DNA of 64,000 nucleotides from Macrostomum lignano (taxonomy: Eukaryota): assembly GCA_002269645.1 (NCBI GenBank), contig NIVC01001366.1:21156-85155 (forward strand). Direction: 5' to 3'. Numbering within the stretch: the stretch's first letter is position 1; each line of letters opens with the position of its first letter. This document shows, one piece after another, positions 11,803 to 22,633 of this stretch. Under the pieces are notes generated by a model that was given only the letters and a program-made list of their open reading frames with translations, did no database searches and was not told the DNA's origin. Made by a program: the position numbers and the translations under genes.

Positions 11803-12159
11803 TCATGCAGCGCGGGCGACTCTGCGCCTCCTGCGCAACCTTCGAGCACGTACCATATCAATGCGGTCCAGAATTTCGCCGCGCATTGCCCGCATTTCAT
11901 TTAAGATGGCGGCGAGGTCGGCGCGATTCGCTCGCATTTCGCCGCGCATCGCCCGCATTTCGCCGCGCATCGCCCGCATCTCATCTAAGATGGCGGCGAG
12001 GTCGGTGCGATTTTCGGCCAAGGCGGCGCGATTCTCGGCTCGATCGGCGCTATTTTCGGCCCGGTCTGCGCGAATTTCCGCCAAGGCCCATGCAGCGGAA
12101 ACCGCGGACGCAGCGGATGCCACAGCAGCAGCCGCCACAAGCAGACTTTGATTGCTGCC
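11803..12159 (-). CDS. Orphan hydrophobic-segment / coiled-coil / Arg-tail protein, copy 2 (short-repeat version)
   Basis: Acceptor tatttgtttcag| at 12160-61 in phase 0, then GSNQSLLVAAAAVASAASAVSAAWALAEIRADRAEN...ILDRIDMVRARRLRRRRRVARAA*. Synonymous and conservative differences from copy 1. Confidence 0.5.
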   Translation of the reverse strand, partial: GSNQSLLVAAAAVASAASAVSAAWALAEIRADRAENSADRAENRAALAENRTDLAAILDEMRAMRGEMRAMRGEMRANRADLAAILNEMRAMRGEILDRIDMVRARRLRRRRRVARAA

Positions 12160-13065
12160 CTGAAACAAATAACAGATGCGTTTCCGTGTGCTCACAGCAT
12201 GTCTAACTGGTGCAGTCTCCGAATGCAACATCTGCTTGTCTATGCTGAACTCCCTGCGCGCAGGCAAAAAGCAAAAAGCCAAAGCCAGCACCACTAATTC
12301 TAATGCCGAGACGAACAATCAGGCAGCCAGAGTACAAATCAATGTATATTTTAAATTTAGAAAACAGCTATCGAAAATGTCTACTATCGGTAGTCAGTCG
12401 GCTCTGTGCAACAAGCTGCGAGTGGAAGGGCCGGTGGATCTTGCTGATTCTCTAGAAATAATAATAATAAGACTAAAAAATCTAACGGAAAGCGAGACAA
12501 AGAGGGCGGCGAACTCGTGCAACAAAATCTACGCTACTACAAAACGCGAGGCGGACTCAAAGTGAAAGAGAACAACAAAAACGGAGTAGCAGAGTATTGG
12601 TTTAATATCTCGGCCTTCTCATAGGAGGCTTTAATAATATTGGTCAGACATTCTCCATTACTAACAGTAGAGTGAGAAGAAAACGTAGCTATTGAATTCA
12701 TCTGGAAATCTTCAAATTCTAAACGGAGACAGCGCGGACTGCGGAGGTTCCAGAAAGCGGCCTGGCTGGCAAGAGGACACGCGTTGAGCACGGGGAAAAT
12801 AAAAACTCGGGCATCTGCTGCGGCCGCTCGCTGGAACTGAAAGAGACGCTTGGGCGCTCGCTAAATAAGGGTGAGCGCGGGGCTAACACAGGGCTACACA
12901 AGAGAGATTTCTTAATGTCTGAGTTTGCACTAATACACAAATTCTATGGCGGGCTACACAACGGACAGTCTACTACAGATTATGGAGTCATTGTTCTCCA
13001 GCCAAATCTAAGAAAATGTTCAAAATGAGCCAAGCTCCAAGTTAATCAAAGACCAGCTCGCTTCA

Positions 13066-16000
13066 TCAGGCCAGCGGCTCCAGCTCTACGATCACGTCCT
13101 CCTCGTTCACCGTCTCCCCGGCTTTGAAGTGGACGGCTTTCACCTGCGGGCGAGAGGAGAGACCAATTGTGAGACTAGCTGTGAGCCTGGCTGAGACCGA
13201 CTGGGACTGGCCATGAGACTGATTGTTGACTGGCCATGAGACTGATTGTTAGACTGGCCATGAGACTGATTGTTGACTGGCCATGAGACTGATTGTTGAC
13301 TGGCCATGAGACTGATTGTTGACTGGCCATGAGACTGATTGTTAGACTGGCCATGAGACTGATTGTTGACTGGCCATGAGACTGATTGTTAGACTGGCCA
13401 TGAGACTGATTGTTGACTGGCCATGAGACTGATTGTTAGACTGGCCATGAGACTGATTGTTGACTGGCCATGAGACTGATTGTTAGACTGGCCATGAGAC
13501 TGATTGTTAGACTGGCCATGAGACTGATTGTTGACTGGCCATGAGACTGATTGTTAGACTGGCCATGAGACTGATTGTTAGACTGGCCATGAGACTGATT
13601 GTTGACTGGCCATGAGACTGATTGTTAGACTGGCCATGAGGCTGTGAGACTCGATGTGAGACTGGATGTGAGACTGGATGTGAGACCGGATTTGAGACCG
13701 GCTGAAAGGAAAGAAAATCCCAAGTGACAAAACTCACCTTCCCAGCGATGGCGCAGCTCAGGCTGTTCTGCATCTTCATGGCCTCCAGCACGCAAATCTC
13801 CTGGCCCTCGGCCACCGTCTGGCCCACCGTGACGCCGACGGACTTCACCAGGCCGGGCATGGGCGCCTTGATGGTGGTGCTGGTGTCCTTGTCCGAGCGC
13901 ACCGGCATGAACTTCGACAGATCGTAGGCGCGGGCCGTGCGGACTATCGTGGTGCACTGCGGGAGGTGCGAGTTTTGCATAGCGACTCACCTTGGTGCCC
14001 ATGCACAGCAGACTGACTCACCTTGGTGCCCATGTAATGCAGACTGACTCACACAGCTCACTCACCTTGTTGCCCATGCACTCCAGACTGACTCACACAG
14101 CTCACTCACCTTGTTGCCCATGCACTCCAGACTGACTCACACAGCTCACTCATCTTGGTGCCCATGTACTGCAGACTGACTCACACAGCTCACTCACCTT
14201 GGTGCCCATGCACTGCAGACTGACTCACACAGCTCACTCACCTTGGTGCCCATGCACTCCAGACTGACTCACACAGCTCACTCACCTTGTTGCCCATGCA
14301 CTCCAGACTGACTCACACAGCTCACTCACCTTGGTGCCCATGCACTCCAGACTGACTCACACAGCTCACTCACCTTGGTGCCCAGGTACTGCAGACTGAC
14401 TCACACAGCTCACTCACCTTGGTGCCCATGCACTCCAGACTGACTCACACAGCTCACTCACCTTGGTGCCCATGCACTCCAGACTGACTCACACAGCTCA
14501 CTCACCTTGTTGCCCATGCACTCCAGACTGACTCACACAGCTCACTCACCTTGGTGCCCATGCACTCCAGACTGACTCACACAGCTCACTCACCTTGGTG
14601 CCCAGGTACTGCAGACTGACTCACACAGCTCACTCACCTTGGTGCCCATGCACTCCAGACTGACTCACACAGCTCACTCATCTTGGTGCCCATGTACTGC
14701 AGACTGACTCACACAGCTCACTCATCTTGGTGCCCATGCACTGCAGACTGACTCACACAGCTCACTCACCTTGGTGCCTAGGTACTGCAGACTGACTCAC
14801 ACAGCTCACTCACCTTGGTGCCCATGTACTGCAGACTGACTCACACAGCTCACTCACCTTGGTGCCCAGGTACTGCAGACTGACTCACACAGCTCACTCA
14901 CCTTGGTGCCCAGGTACTGCAGGGTCACGCGCTCATCGAAGCTGCGGGCCATCATCTGCATGCAGACGGACTCGCCGTTGATGACGGCCGGGATGACCTT
15001 GTCGGAGAGGCTGAAGTTGTCCTTGATCTGCAGAGTCTCGCTGCCCTCGAAGGCCACGGTGAAGCCGCCTTCCTTGTAGCTGACGCGGCACAGCAGGTCC
15101 TTGCCGTCCAGGGAGGCGACGATGTCCCAGTCGAAAGACTTCTTGGCCTCGCCGGCCACAATGTTGGACCGGTCCTTCTTCAGGTATGTCTTGTTGCGCA
15201 GGTCGTTCTTGGCGAAGACTACGGCGGACACGGCGGCGATGTTGAGCCGGTCGCGGTCGCTGAACTGCTTGCCGCGGAAGCCGTCCGGGTACACCTCCGG
15301 CAGGTAGTTGGTGGTGATGTCGCCGGACACGAAGCGATTCTCGGTGACGATGTCGCGCAGCAGGGGGATGTTGTGGGTGACGCCGCGGATCACGTAGTTG
15401 TCCAGAGCGTTGACCATGGTGTTGAGGGCGGACTGGCGGTCCTTGCCGTAGGTGACCAGCTTACAGATCATGGGGTCGTAGTAGATGGAGATTTCACTGC
15501 CCTCCTGGATGCCGCTGTCGCAGCGGACGTTCTCCAAGGCGGTGGGCTCCGAGTAGGTGGTCAGGCGGCCGATGGACGGCAGGCCGAACGCCTTGTAGGG
15601 GTCCTCGGCGTACACGCGGCACTCCACGGCCCAGCCTTTCACGCCGATGTCCTTCTGGGTGAGCAACAGCGGGTGGCCCTTGCCCACGCGGATCATCTGG
15701 TGCACAATGTCCACTCCGGTGATGCACTCGGTGATGGGGTGCTCCACCTGCAGGCGGGTGTTCATCTCCAGGAAATAGAAGTTCTTCTTCGAGTCCACCA
15801 GGAACTCAACGGTGCCGGCGGAATCGTAGCCCACGGCCTTGGCCAGCGCGGTGGCCTGGGCGCCCATGGCCTTGCGGGTGTCGGGGTCGATGTACACGCT
15901 GGGCGCCTCCTCGATTACCTTCTGGTTGCGCCGCTGGATGCTGCACTCGCGCTCGTTCAAGTACAGCGCATTGCCGTGGCGGTCGCAGAGCACCTGCACC

Positions 16001-17759
16001 TCGATGTGGCGCGGCTTGTCGATGAACTTCTCGATCAGCATGCGGTCGTCGCCAAAGCTGGACTTGGCCTCCTCCTGCGACAGCCGGTAGCCCTCGCGGG
16101 CCTGTTTGTCGTTCCAGGCGATGCGCATGCCCTTGCCGCCTCCTGCGGGGCGCGGCGAGGATCATTTCCTGGGATCTGACTGAGGGAGTTCCTGCGGATT
16201 CTGGTGGGCTATTTGTGGGGATTCTGGTGGGCTGTTTGTGGGGATTCTGGTGGGCTGCTTGTGGGGATTCTGGTGGGCTGTTTGTGGGGATTCTGGTGGG
16301 CTGTTTGTGGAGATTCTGGTGGGCTGTTTGTGGAGATTCTGGTGGGCTGTTTGTGGAGATTCTGGTGGGCTGTTTGTGGGCATTCTGGTGGGCTGTTTGT
16401 GGAGATTCTGGTGGGCTGTTTGTGGAGATTCTGGTGGGCTGTTTGTGGAGATTCTGGTGGGCTGTTTGTGGGGATTCTGGTGGGCTGTTTGTGGAGATTC
16501 TGGTGGGCTGTTTGTGGGGATTCTGGTGGGCTGTTTGTGGGGATTCTGGTGGGCTGTTTGTGGGCATTCTGGTGGGCTGTTTGTGGGGATTCTGATGGGC
16601 TGTTTGTGGGAATTCTGGTGGGCTGTTTGTGGGGATTCTAATGGGCTGTTTGTGGGGATTCTGGTGGGCTGTTTGTGGGCATTCTGGTGGGCTGCTTGTG
16701 GGGATTCTGGTGGGCTGTTTGTGGGGATTCTGGTGGGCTGCTTGTGGGGATTCTGGTGAGCTGTTTGTGGGGATTCTGGTGGGCTGTTTGTGGGGATTGT
16801 GATGGGCTGTTTGTGGGGATTCTGGTGAGCTGTTTGTGGGGATTTCGGTAAGGACTTTGTAGGGATCTTACTATAGATTCGTCTGTGCCCTTCGGTTGGT
16901 ATCTAACAAAGGCTGGAAATGATTAATTGAGCAGAGAAAAAGCAGCTCCAAAAATCCGGGAGAGTTTCTACGAAACAGCAAGAAATGCAAACTCAAGCAT
17001 TAAAAATTGAATGCCAACGCGTTTCGTCCAACAGACGTTTTCAGGACAGACAATCTTCACTTAATCAGCCATGTTCAATGCGTGCATTCAATATTTAGTG
17101 TTTGTGTTGACATTCCTCTCCAGCTCTAAGAAGCCGGGGCACTCACCGCCGGCGGAGGCCTTGATCATGACGGGGTAGCCGATGTCGTTGGCGATCTTGA
17201 CGGCCTCATCAGCGTCCTTGACCTCGCCGTCGAAGCCGGGGATGCAGTTGACCTTGGCCTTGTTCGCGATGCGCTTGCTCTCGATCTTGTCGCCCATGGC
17301 ACGGATGGCCTTGGAGTTGGGGCCCAGGAACACCACGTCCAAGTCCTCCAGGCGCTTGGCGAACACCGTGTTCTCCGACAGGAAGCCGTAGCCCGGGTGC
17401 ACCGCCTGGGCGCCCGTCTGCTTCACGGCTTGCAGGATGGCCTCCATGTTGAGGTAGCTCTTGCTGGTCGGCGCCGGCCCGATGCAAACGGCCTCGTCAG
17501 CCAGCTGGACGAACTTGCTGGAGGCGTCGATCTCGCTGTGGACGGCCACCGACTTGATGCCCAGCCGCTTGCACGAGTTGATGACGCGGCAGGCGATCTC
17601 ACCGCGGTTGGCGATAAGGATTTTCTCGAAGCGCGACTCGTTGCTGTCGTGCTTGTCGTTCCAGTAGATGGCCTCGGCTTGCCTGGCGGCAGAGTGCGAG
17701 CACAGGGTGCGCATGGCGACTGCGGCCGGGCCGCGGTGGGCGCTCAGAAGGCTCAGCAT
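13066..17759 (-). CDS. PCCA: Propionyl-CoA carboxylase alpha chain (biotin carboxylase + biotinyl domain), 4 exons, ~716 aa
   Basis: Exons 17759-17147, 16142-14902, 13956-13738 and 13143-13066 (613+1241+219+78 nt, in frame). Motifs [25 protein letters not shown]|[29 protein letters not shown] and the biotin site EAMKM. Confidence 0.96.
13205..13640. repeat. 22/23-bp minisatellite in PCCA intron 3
   Basis: Unit gactggccatgagactgattgtt(a), about 19 copies. Confidence 0.9.
13985..14922. repeat. 44-bp minisatellite in PCCA intron 2, made of the exon end plus 5' splice site
   Basis: Minus-strand unit CTGCAGTACCTGGGCACCAAG|GTGAGTGAGCTGTGTGAGTCAGT; about 20 full and 2 short copies. Confidence 0.95.
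16195..16845. repeat. 23-bp minisatellite in PCCA intron 1
   Basis: Unit tggggattctggtgggctgtttg, about 28 copies. Confidence 0.9.
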
Positions 17760-17811
17760 GGCAGCGGGGCAAGGGGTTGCAGAGGGGATTGGCGCGCGAG
17801 TTTAGCGTTCT

Positions 17812-18797
17812 ACATCTACCTGAAGTGGCTGTCGTCTCAAACCCCATCTACCTGAAGTGGCTGCTGTCTCATCTACCTGAGATGGCTGTCGTCTCAAACT
17901 CCATCTACCTGAAGTGGCTGTCGTCTCAAACCCCATCTACCGGAGATGGCTGTCGTCTCAAACCCCATCTACCTGAAGTGGCTGCTGTCTCATCTACCTG
18001 AGATGGCTGCAGTCTCAAATCCCATCTACCTGAAGTGGCTGTCGTCTCAAATCCTATCTAGCTGAAGTGGCTGCAGTCTCAAATCCCATCTACCTGAAGT
18101 AGCTGTTGTCTCAAATCCTATCTACCTGAAGTGGCTGTCGTCTCAAACCCCATCTAGCTGAAGTGGCTGCAGTCTCAAATCCCATCTACCTGAAGTGGCT
18201 GTCGTCTCAAACCCCATCTACCTGAAGTGGCTGTCGTCTCAAACCCCATCTACCTGAAGTGGCTATCGTCTCAAATCCCATCTACCTGAAGTGGCTGCTG
18301 TCTCATCTACCTGAGATGGCTGTCGTCTCAAACCCCATCTACCTGAAGTGGCTGCAGTCTCAAATCCCATCTACCTGAAGTGGCTGCTGTCTCATCTACC
18401 TGAAGTGGCTGCTGTCTCATCTACCTGAGATGGCTGTCGTCTCAAACCCCATCTACCTGAAGTGGCTGTCGTCTCAAACCCCATCTAGCTGAAGTGGCTG
18501 CAGTCTCAAATCCCATCTACCTGAAGTGGCTGTCGTCTCAAACCCCATCTACCTGAAGTGGCTGTCGTCTCAAACCCCATCTACCTGAAGTGGCTATCGT
18601 CTCAAATCCCATCTACCTGAAGTGGCTGCTGTCTCATCTACCTGAGATGGCTGTCGTCTCAAACCCCATCTACCTGAAGTGGCTGCAGTCTCAAATCCCA
18701 TCTACCTGAAGTGGCTGTCGTCTCAAATCCCATCTACCTGAAGTGGCTGCAGTCTCAAATCCCATCTACCTGAGGTGGCTGCAGTCTCAAATCCCCT
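17812..18797. repeat. ~32-bp minisatellite (with shorter variants) between ZFYVE19 and PCCA
   Basis: Unit ctacctgaagtggctgtcgtctcaaaccccat, about 30 copies. Confidence 0.9.
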
Positions 18798-19076
18798 CTC
18801 ATTAGCGGCAGCTCAACATCGCTATCCAGTGAACGAGTGCAGCTAAAAGCTAATTAATCTATAGTCGCAAAGATTGAACGAAAATAATCAAGTTGAAGCG
18901 CAGGAGAAGGCGGTACGGTTGGCACGCCATTTCATCGATGCAATTATGTTTAGAAACAGCAAAATAAAATAGAAATCAGCTACTCACAAGTAGCAACAGG
19001 ATAAATGAAATAAACTCTATGAACAGAGAACTCAATAGACTCAAAGAGCAATCGGGAATTTTCTGCAAAAGAATGT

Positions 19077-20207
19077 CTAGACCGGCCGCGCTGCGTGCCC
19101 GTCGCCCTTGCTGTGGCCCTTGCGGAAGCAGCGCCGGCAGTACAGGTCCCCCATGCACTGCGGGCAGCGGACCTCGGCATCCGCGTTGCAGATGCAGCAC
19201 CAGCGCTCGCTGTCCGAGCCGGTGGAAACGTCCTCGTCGTCTGTGAAGTCTTCGTCTGGCGCGGCCAGGGCATCCCGGATGGCCGCTTCTACCTGGCTGT
19301 CGCTGACCTGTTCCGGCTGTGCCGGCTTTGCCTGTGCCGGAGGGTCGGCTGCCGCTGCGTCTGCCTTGCCTTTTTTCTGCTTCTGCTGCCGGCGCTGCAG
19401 GTGCGCCGCCAGTTCCGGGTCCGCCTGCAGTGCTCGGACCTCAGCCTCCGCGCTGCGCATCAGCTCGGCTGTCTCGCGGCTCAGCGCGTCCGCGTCTTCG
19501 GCATCTGCATCAGCTGATCCTGCCGCGGCTCCCTCGGCCGAAGCGGTCGCCGCTGCCGACTTGGCATCGGAGGCCTCAGCGGCAGCGGCGGTGTCCGCAT
19601 CGACTCCCCGCAGGGCGGCCAGCCGCTCTCCCAGTCGCCGATCGCGAGAGGCGGCCTCGCGCTCCCGCTGCTGGTCGATGCGGGCCCGGGCTTGCGCCGA
19701 CTCCATGAGCGCTGCCACCTGCTCCGCCTCTGACAGCTGCGGGCGCGGAGCCTCGACGGCCGGTGCAGCCAATCCAGGTTCCGTCTCGGCCGTCCGGCCC
19801 TGCAAGGCTTCTAGGCGAGATCGGAGGTCCTGGTCAGAGGGCGGCGGTGCCTGGCCAGGCCGCTGCTTCAGCCGCTCCAGGCGTTCCCGCGCGTCCCGGT
19901 CCGGGTCGGCCGCCCTGGAGCCACCGCTGCCTCCGCCGCCGCCCCTCTTTGCCGGCCCCGTCTGCCGTGCCTCCAGGGCCTCCACCCGCTTGACGAAGTT
20001 GGCGGGCGGCTCGATTGGCTGCTTGGCGGCAGGCGGCTGGGCCTGCTGGCGGAGGCACTTGGCGCACATTTTGCCCAGCTTGCCGTTCAGCTTGGGCACC
20101 GGCTTCTTGGTCTGCAGGCAGCGCGAGCAGTAGGAGAAGCCGCAGTTGTCGCAGCCGTACTTCCGCCGCAGCAGGGAATACTCGCTGCCGCAGCCGTAGC
20201 AGAACAT
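19077..20207 (-). CDS. ZFYVE19: Abscission/NoCut checkpoint regulator (FYVE-type Zn finger + C-terminal B-box-like Zn finger), single exon
   Basis: N-terminal MFCYGCGSEYSLLRRKYGCDNCGFSYCSRC...CAKC; C-terminal WCCICNADAEVRCPQCMGDLYCRRCFRKGH. Start placed at MFCYGC (20207), with a cccgcag acceptor 11 nt upstream. In-frame ATGs at 20231 and 20261 are alternatives. Confidence 0.88.
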   Translation of the reverse strand: MFCYGCGSEYSLLRRKYGCDNCGFSYCSRCLQTKKPVPKLNGKLGKMCAKCLRQQAQPPAAKQPIEPPANFVKRVEALEARQTGPAKRGGGGGSGGSRAADPDRDARERLERLKQRPGQAPPPSDQDLRSRLEALQGRTAETEPGLAAPAVEAPRPQLSEAEQVAALMESAQARARIDQQREREAASRDRRLGERLAALRGVDADTAAAAEASDAKSAAATASAEGAAAGSADADAEDADALSRETAELMRSAEAEVRALQADPELAAHLQRRQQKQKKGKADAAAADPPAQAKPAQPEQVSDSQVEAAIRDALAAPDEDFTDDEDVSTGSDSERWCCICNADAEVRCPQCMGDLYCRRCFRKGHSKGDGHAARPV

Positions 20208-20297
20208 GCGGGCGCCGGCTGCGGGTGGCATCGCTATTCGCTTAGTTACTCTGGTTACCATGGTTACTGTGTTTAACCGAAGCTATCGTTGTAATTA

Positions 20298-20670
20298 CCC
20301 TCTACCATGACTGTCCCATCTTCTACTATTACTACCCCATCCTCTGCCATCACTGCCACATCCTCTGCCATCACTACCCCATCCTCTGCCAGCACTACCA
20401 TCCTCTGCCAGCACTACCCCATCCTCTGTCAGCACTACCCCATCCTCTGTCAGCACTACCCCATCCTCTGCCAGCACTACCCCATCCTCTGCCAGCACTA
20501 CCCCATCCTCTGTCAGCACTACCCCATCCTCTGTCAGCACTACCCCATCCTCTGCCATCACTACCCCATCCTCTGCCATCACTGCCACATCCTCTTCCAT
20601 CACTGCTTCATCCTCTACCAGCATTGCTTCATCCTCTACCATCATTTCTTCATCTACCATCACTGCTTCA
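20298..20670. repeat. 21-bp minisatellite between BRK1 and ZFYVE19
   Basis: Unit cactaccccatcctctgccag, about 17 copies degrading at both ends. Confidence 0.85.
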
Positions 20671-21050
20671 TGCTTTTGTACCGCTAATTTTATTATTTCG
20701 AAATCCAATTAACTGGGCCGAAGAATGAAAAATGAACCGCAAAGAAAGACAGTGAGTCAAATCCTTTTAACATAGAGCAGCAGATTATATTAAAATTTAG
20801 TGAATCAAAACGTTCAATAAACGAACATGCAGGTAGCGTCCAAATCGAGGGAATTAAACAAACTGTACAGAATAAAAAGGCGGCATGCCGAGATACGCAG
20901 GGCAGTCTGGAGTACAAGCCAGGCGCAGCTGGCCACCGCTCCGGTTAAATAAAAACTGATAAATGTGGTATTCAGCCTACTGAAAGTAGCCGCTAGCGCA
21001 TTCTTATTGAACAATCAGCTAAAGAGAAGGGCAATTGGAAGCAGGCGGTC

Positions 21051-21320
21051 TCAGTTAGCCGGGTCGCCGGGCGCGGCCTGCTTGCCCGCGGCCACCAGCT
21101 CGTCCCGTTTGATGCGCGCCTCGATGAAGTCCACCTTGCGCTCCAGCAGCGTCAGCTTCTCGTTCAGCTGGGCGATCTTGCTGCGGCAGGACACGTCGAA
21201 CTGGTTCAGGAAGTCCGTCATGCGCTTCAGGGTGAACCCGATCAGGTCGATGTACTCCCGCTGGTTCCAGTCCAGCTGCACATCCTGCTGCACCTGGTCC
21301 ATGTAGTTCGTGTGCGACAT
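21051..21320 (-). CDS. BRK1: BRICK1/HSPC300, WAVE complex subunit, 89 aa, single exon
   Basis: VQQDVQLDWNQREYIDLI...DFLNQFDVSCRSKIAQLNEKLTLLERKVDFIEARI matches the BRK1 signature. Confidence 0.95.
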   Translation of the reverse strand: MSHTNYMDQVQQDVQLDWNQREYIDLIGFTLKRMTDFLNQFDVSCRSKIAQLNEKLTLLERKVDFIEARIKRDELVAAGKQAAPGDPAN

Positions 21321-21349
21321 GGCGGCATCGGACGGAGGGTTGGTGTTTT

Positions 21350-21945
21350 TACTGCTCCTGACACTGCTGCTCCTGACACTGCTGTTCCTGACTCTGCTGT
21401 TCCTGACTCTGCTGTTCCTGACCCTGCTGCTCCTGACTCTGCTGTTCCTGACTCTGCTGTTCCTGACCCTGCTGCTCCTGACACTGCTGCTCCTGACCCT
21501 GCTGCTCCTGACACTGCTGCTCCTGACTCTGCTGTTCCTGACTCTGCTGTTCCTGACTCTGCTGTTCCTGACCCTGCTGCTCCTGACTCTGCTGTTCCTG
21601 ACTCTGCTGTTCCTGACACTGCTGCTCCTGACTCTGCTGTTCCTGACACTGCTGCTCCTGACTCTGCTGCTCCTGACTCTGCTGTTCCTGACTCTGCTGT
21701 TCCTGACACTGCTGTTCCTGACTCTGCTGTTCCTGACCCTGCTGCTCCTGACCCTGCTGCTCCTGACTCTGCTGTTCCTGACTCTGCTGTTCCTGACCCT
21801 GCTGCTCCTGACTCTGCTGTTCCTGACTCTGCTGTTCCTGACCCTGCTGCTCCTGACACTGCTGCTCCTGACCCTGCTGCTTCTGACACTGCTGTTCCTG
21901 ACCCTGCTGCTCCCCTGACACTACTGCTCCTGACCCTACTGCTCA
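21350..21945. repeat. 15-bp minisatellite upstream of BRK1
   Basis: Unit cctgac(t/a/c)ctgctg(t/c)t, about 39 copies. Confidence 0.9.
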
Positions 21946-22480
21946 TTGCACTTGAGCAAGTTGCAACACCTGAACCTAAGCAGACTACCTTTCTAGTCCC
22001 AGATCTAAAGCTTTATGTAGCCTCGCAAAAGAAAACTACAAAAAACTGCAGGGTCTCCGCGCTTCTCCGGTCAAAGCATCTGAATTTTTACTTCCAGGAG
22101 TTGAAAACAAAATCAAACAACTGGGGATCTATACAGCAGAAGCTCCATTAGAATCAATAAAACAGTCAAAAGCTTTTGCTTCAAGCGATAAATAACAATG
22201 ACAAGAAAAAACAAGGCAGCACAGGCAATACGCTTTAACCGATCAGGACCAACAAGGAAAAAGGAGTGAAGGAAACAAACAACTGGCCTTATAAACACTA
22301 ATAATAGTCTATACTGGTATAGTTGTGTCCGCTCAGGCAACTCAAGTTGAGGTTTGAAAGGAAACAAACAGGCCTTTTGGCACAGCTACAGGAGGCCGGG
22401 GACCGGGACATTGCGGGTGCCAATTCTCTGTGAGCAGGGAGTGCTCGGCAGGTAAACAAAGAGCCAATAAGCAAACCGGG

Positions 22481-22633
22481 CAGCATGATGAATATTGAGT
22501 GCCTCATCAGCCCTTGCGAATTCACACAGCCTCAGAGGGACAGCATGATGAATATTGAATGCCTCATCAGCCCTTGCGAATTCACACAGCCTCAGAGGGA
22601 CAGCATGATGAATATTGAATGCCTCATCAGCCC
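22481..22633. repeat. 60-bp tandem repeat x~2.5 containing the MAN2A double stop
   Basis: Units start at 22481, 22541 and 22601; each contains GGGCTGATGAGGCA on the minus strand. Confidence 0.9.

Noticed and set aside
20295-20708. 137-aa (VLAEDGV)n ORF co-oriented with the cluster
   Set aside because: Derived from the 21-bp spacer array; no family motif and no support beyond an open frame.
21242-22151. ORFs (QEQQS)n, (PDSAV)n, (LLTLL)n and (SGTAE)n
   Set aside because: All frames of a 15-bp array are open; no unique flanking coding sequence or splice support.
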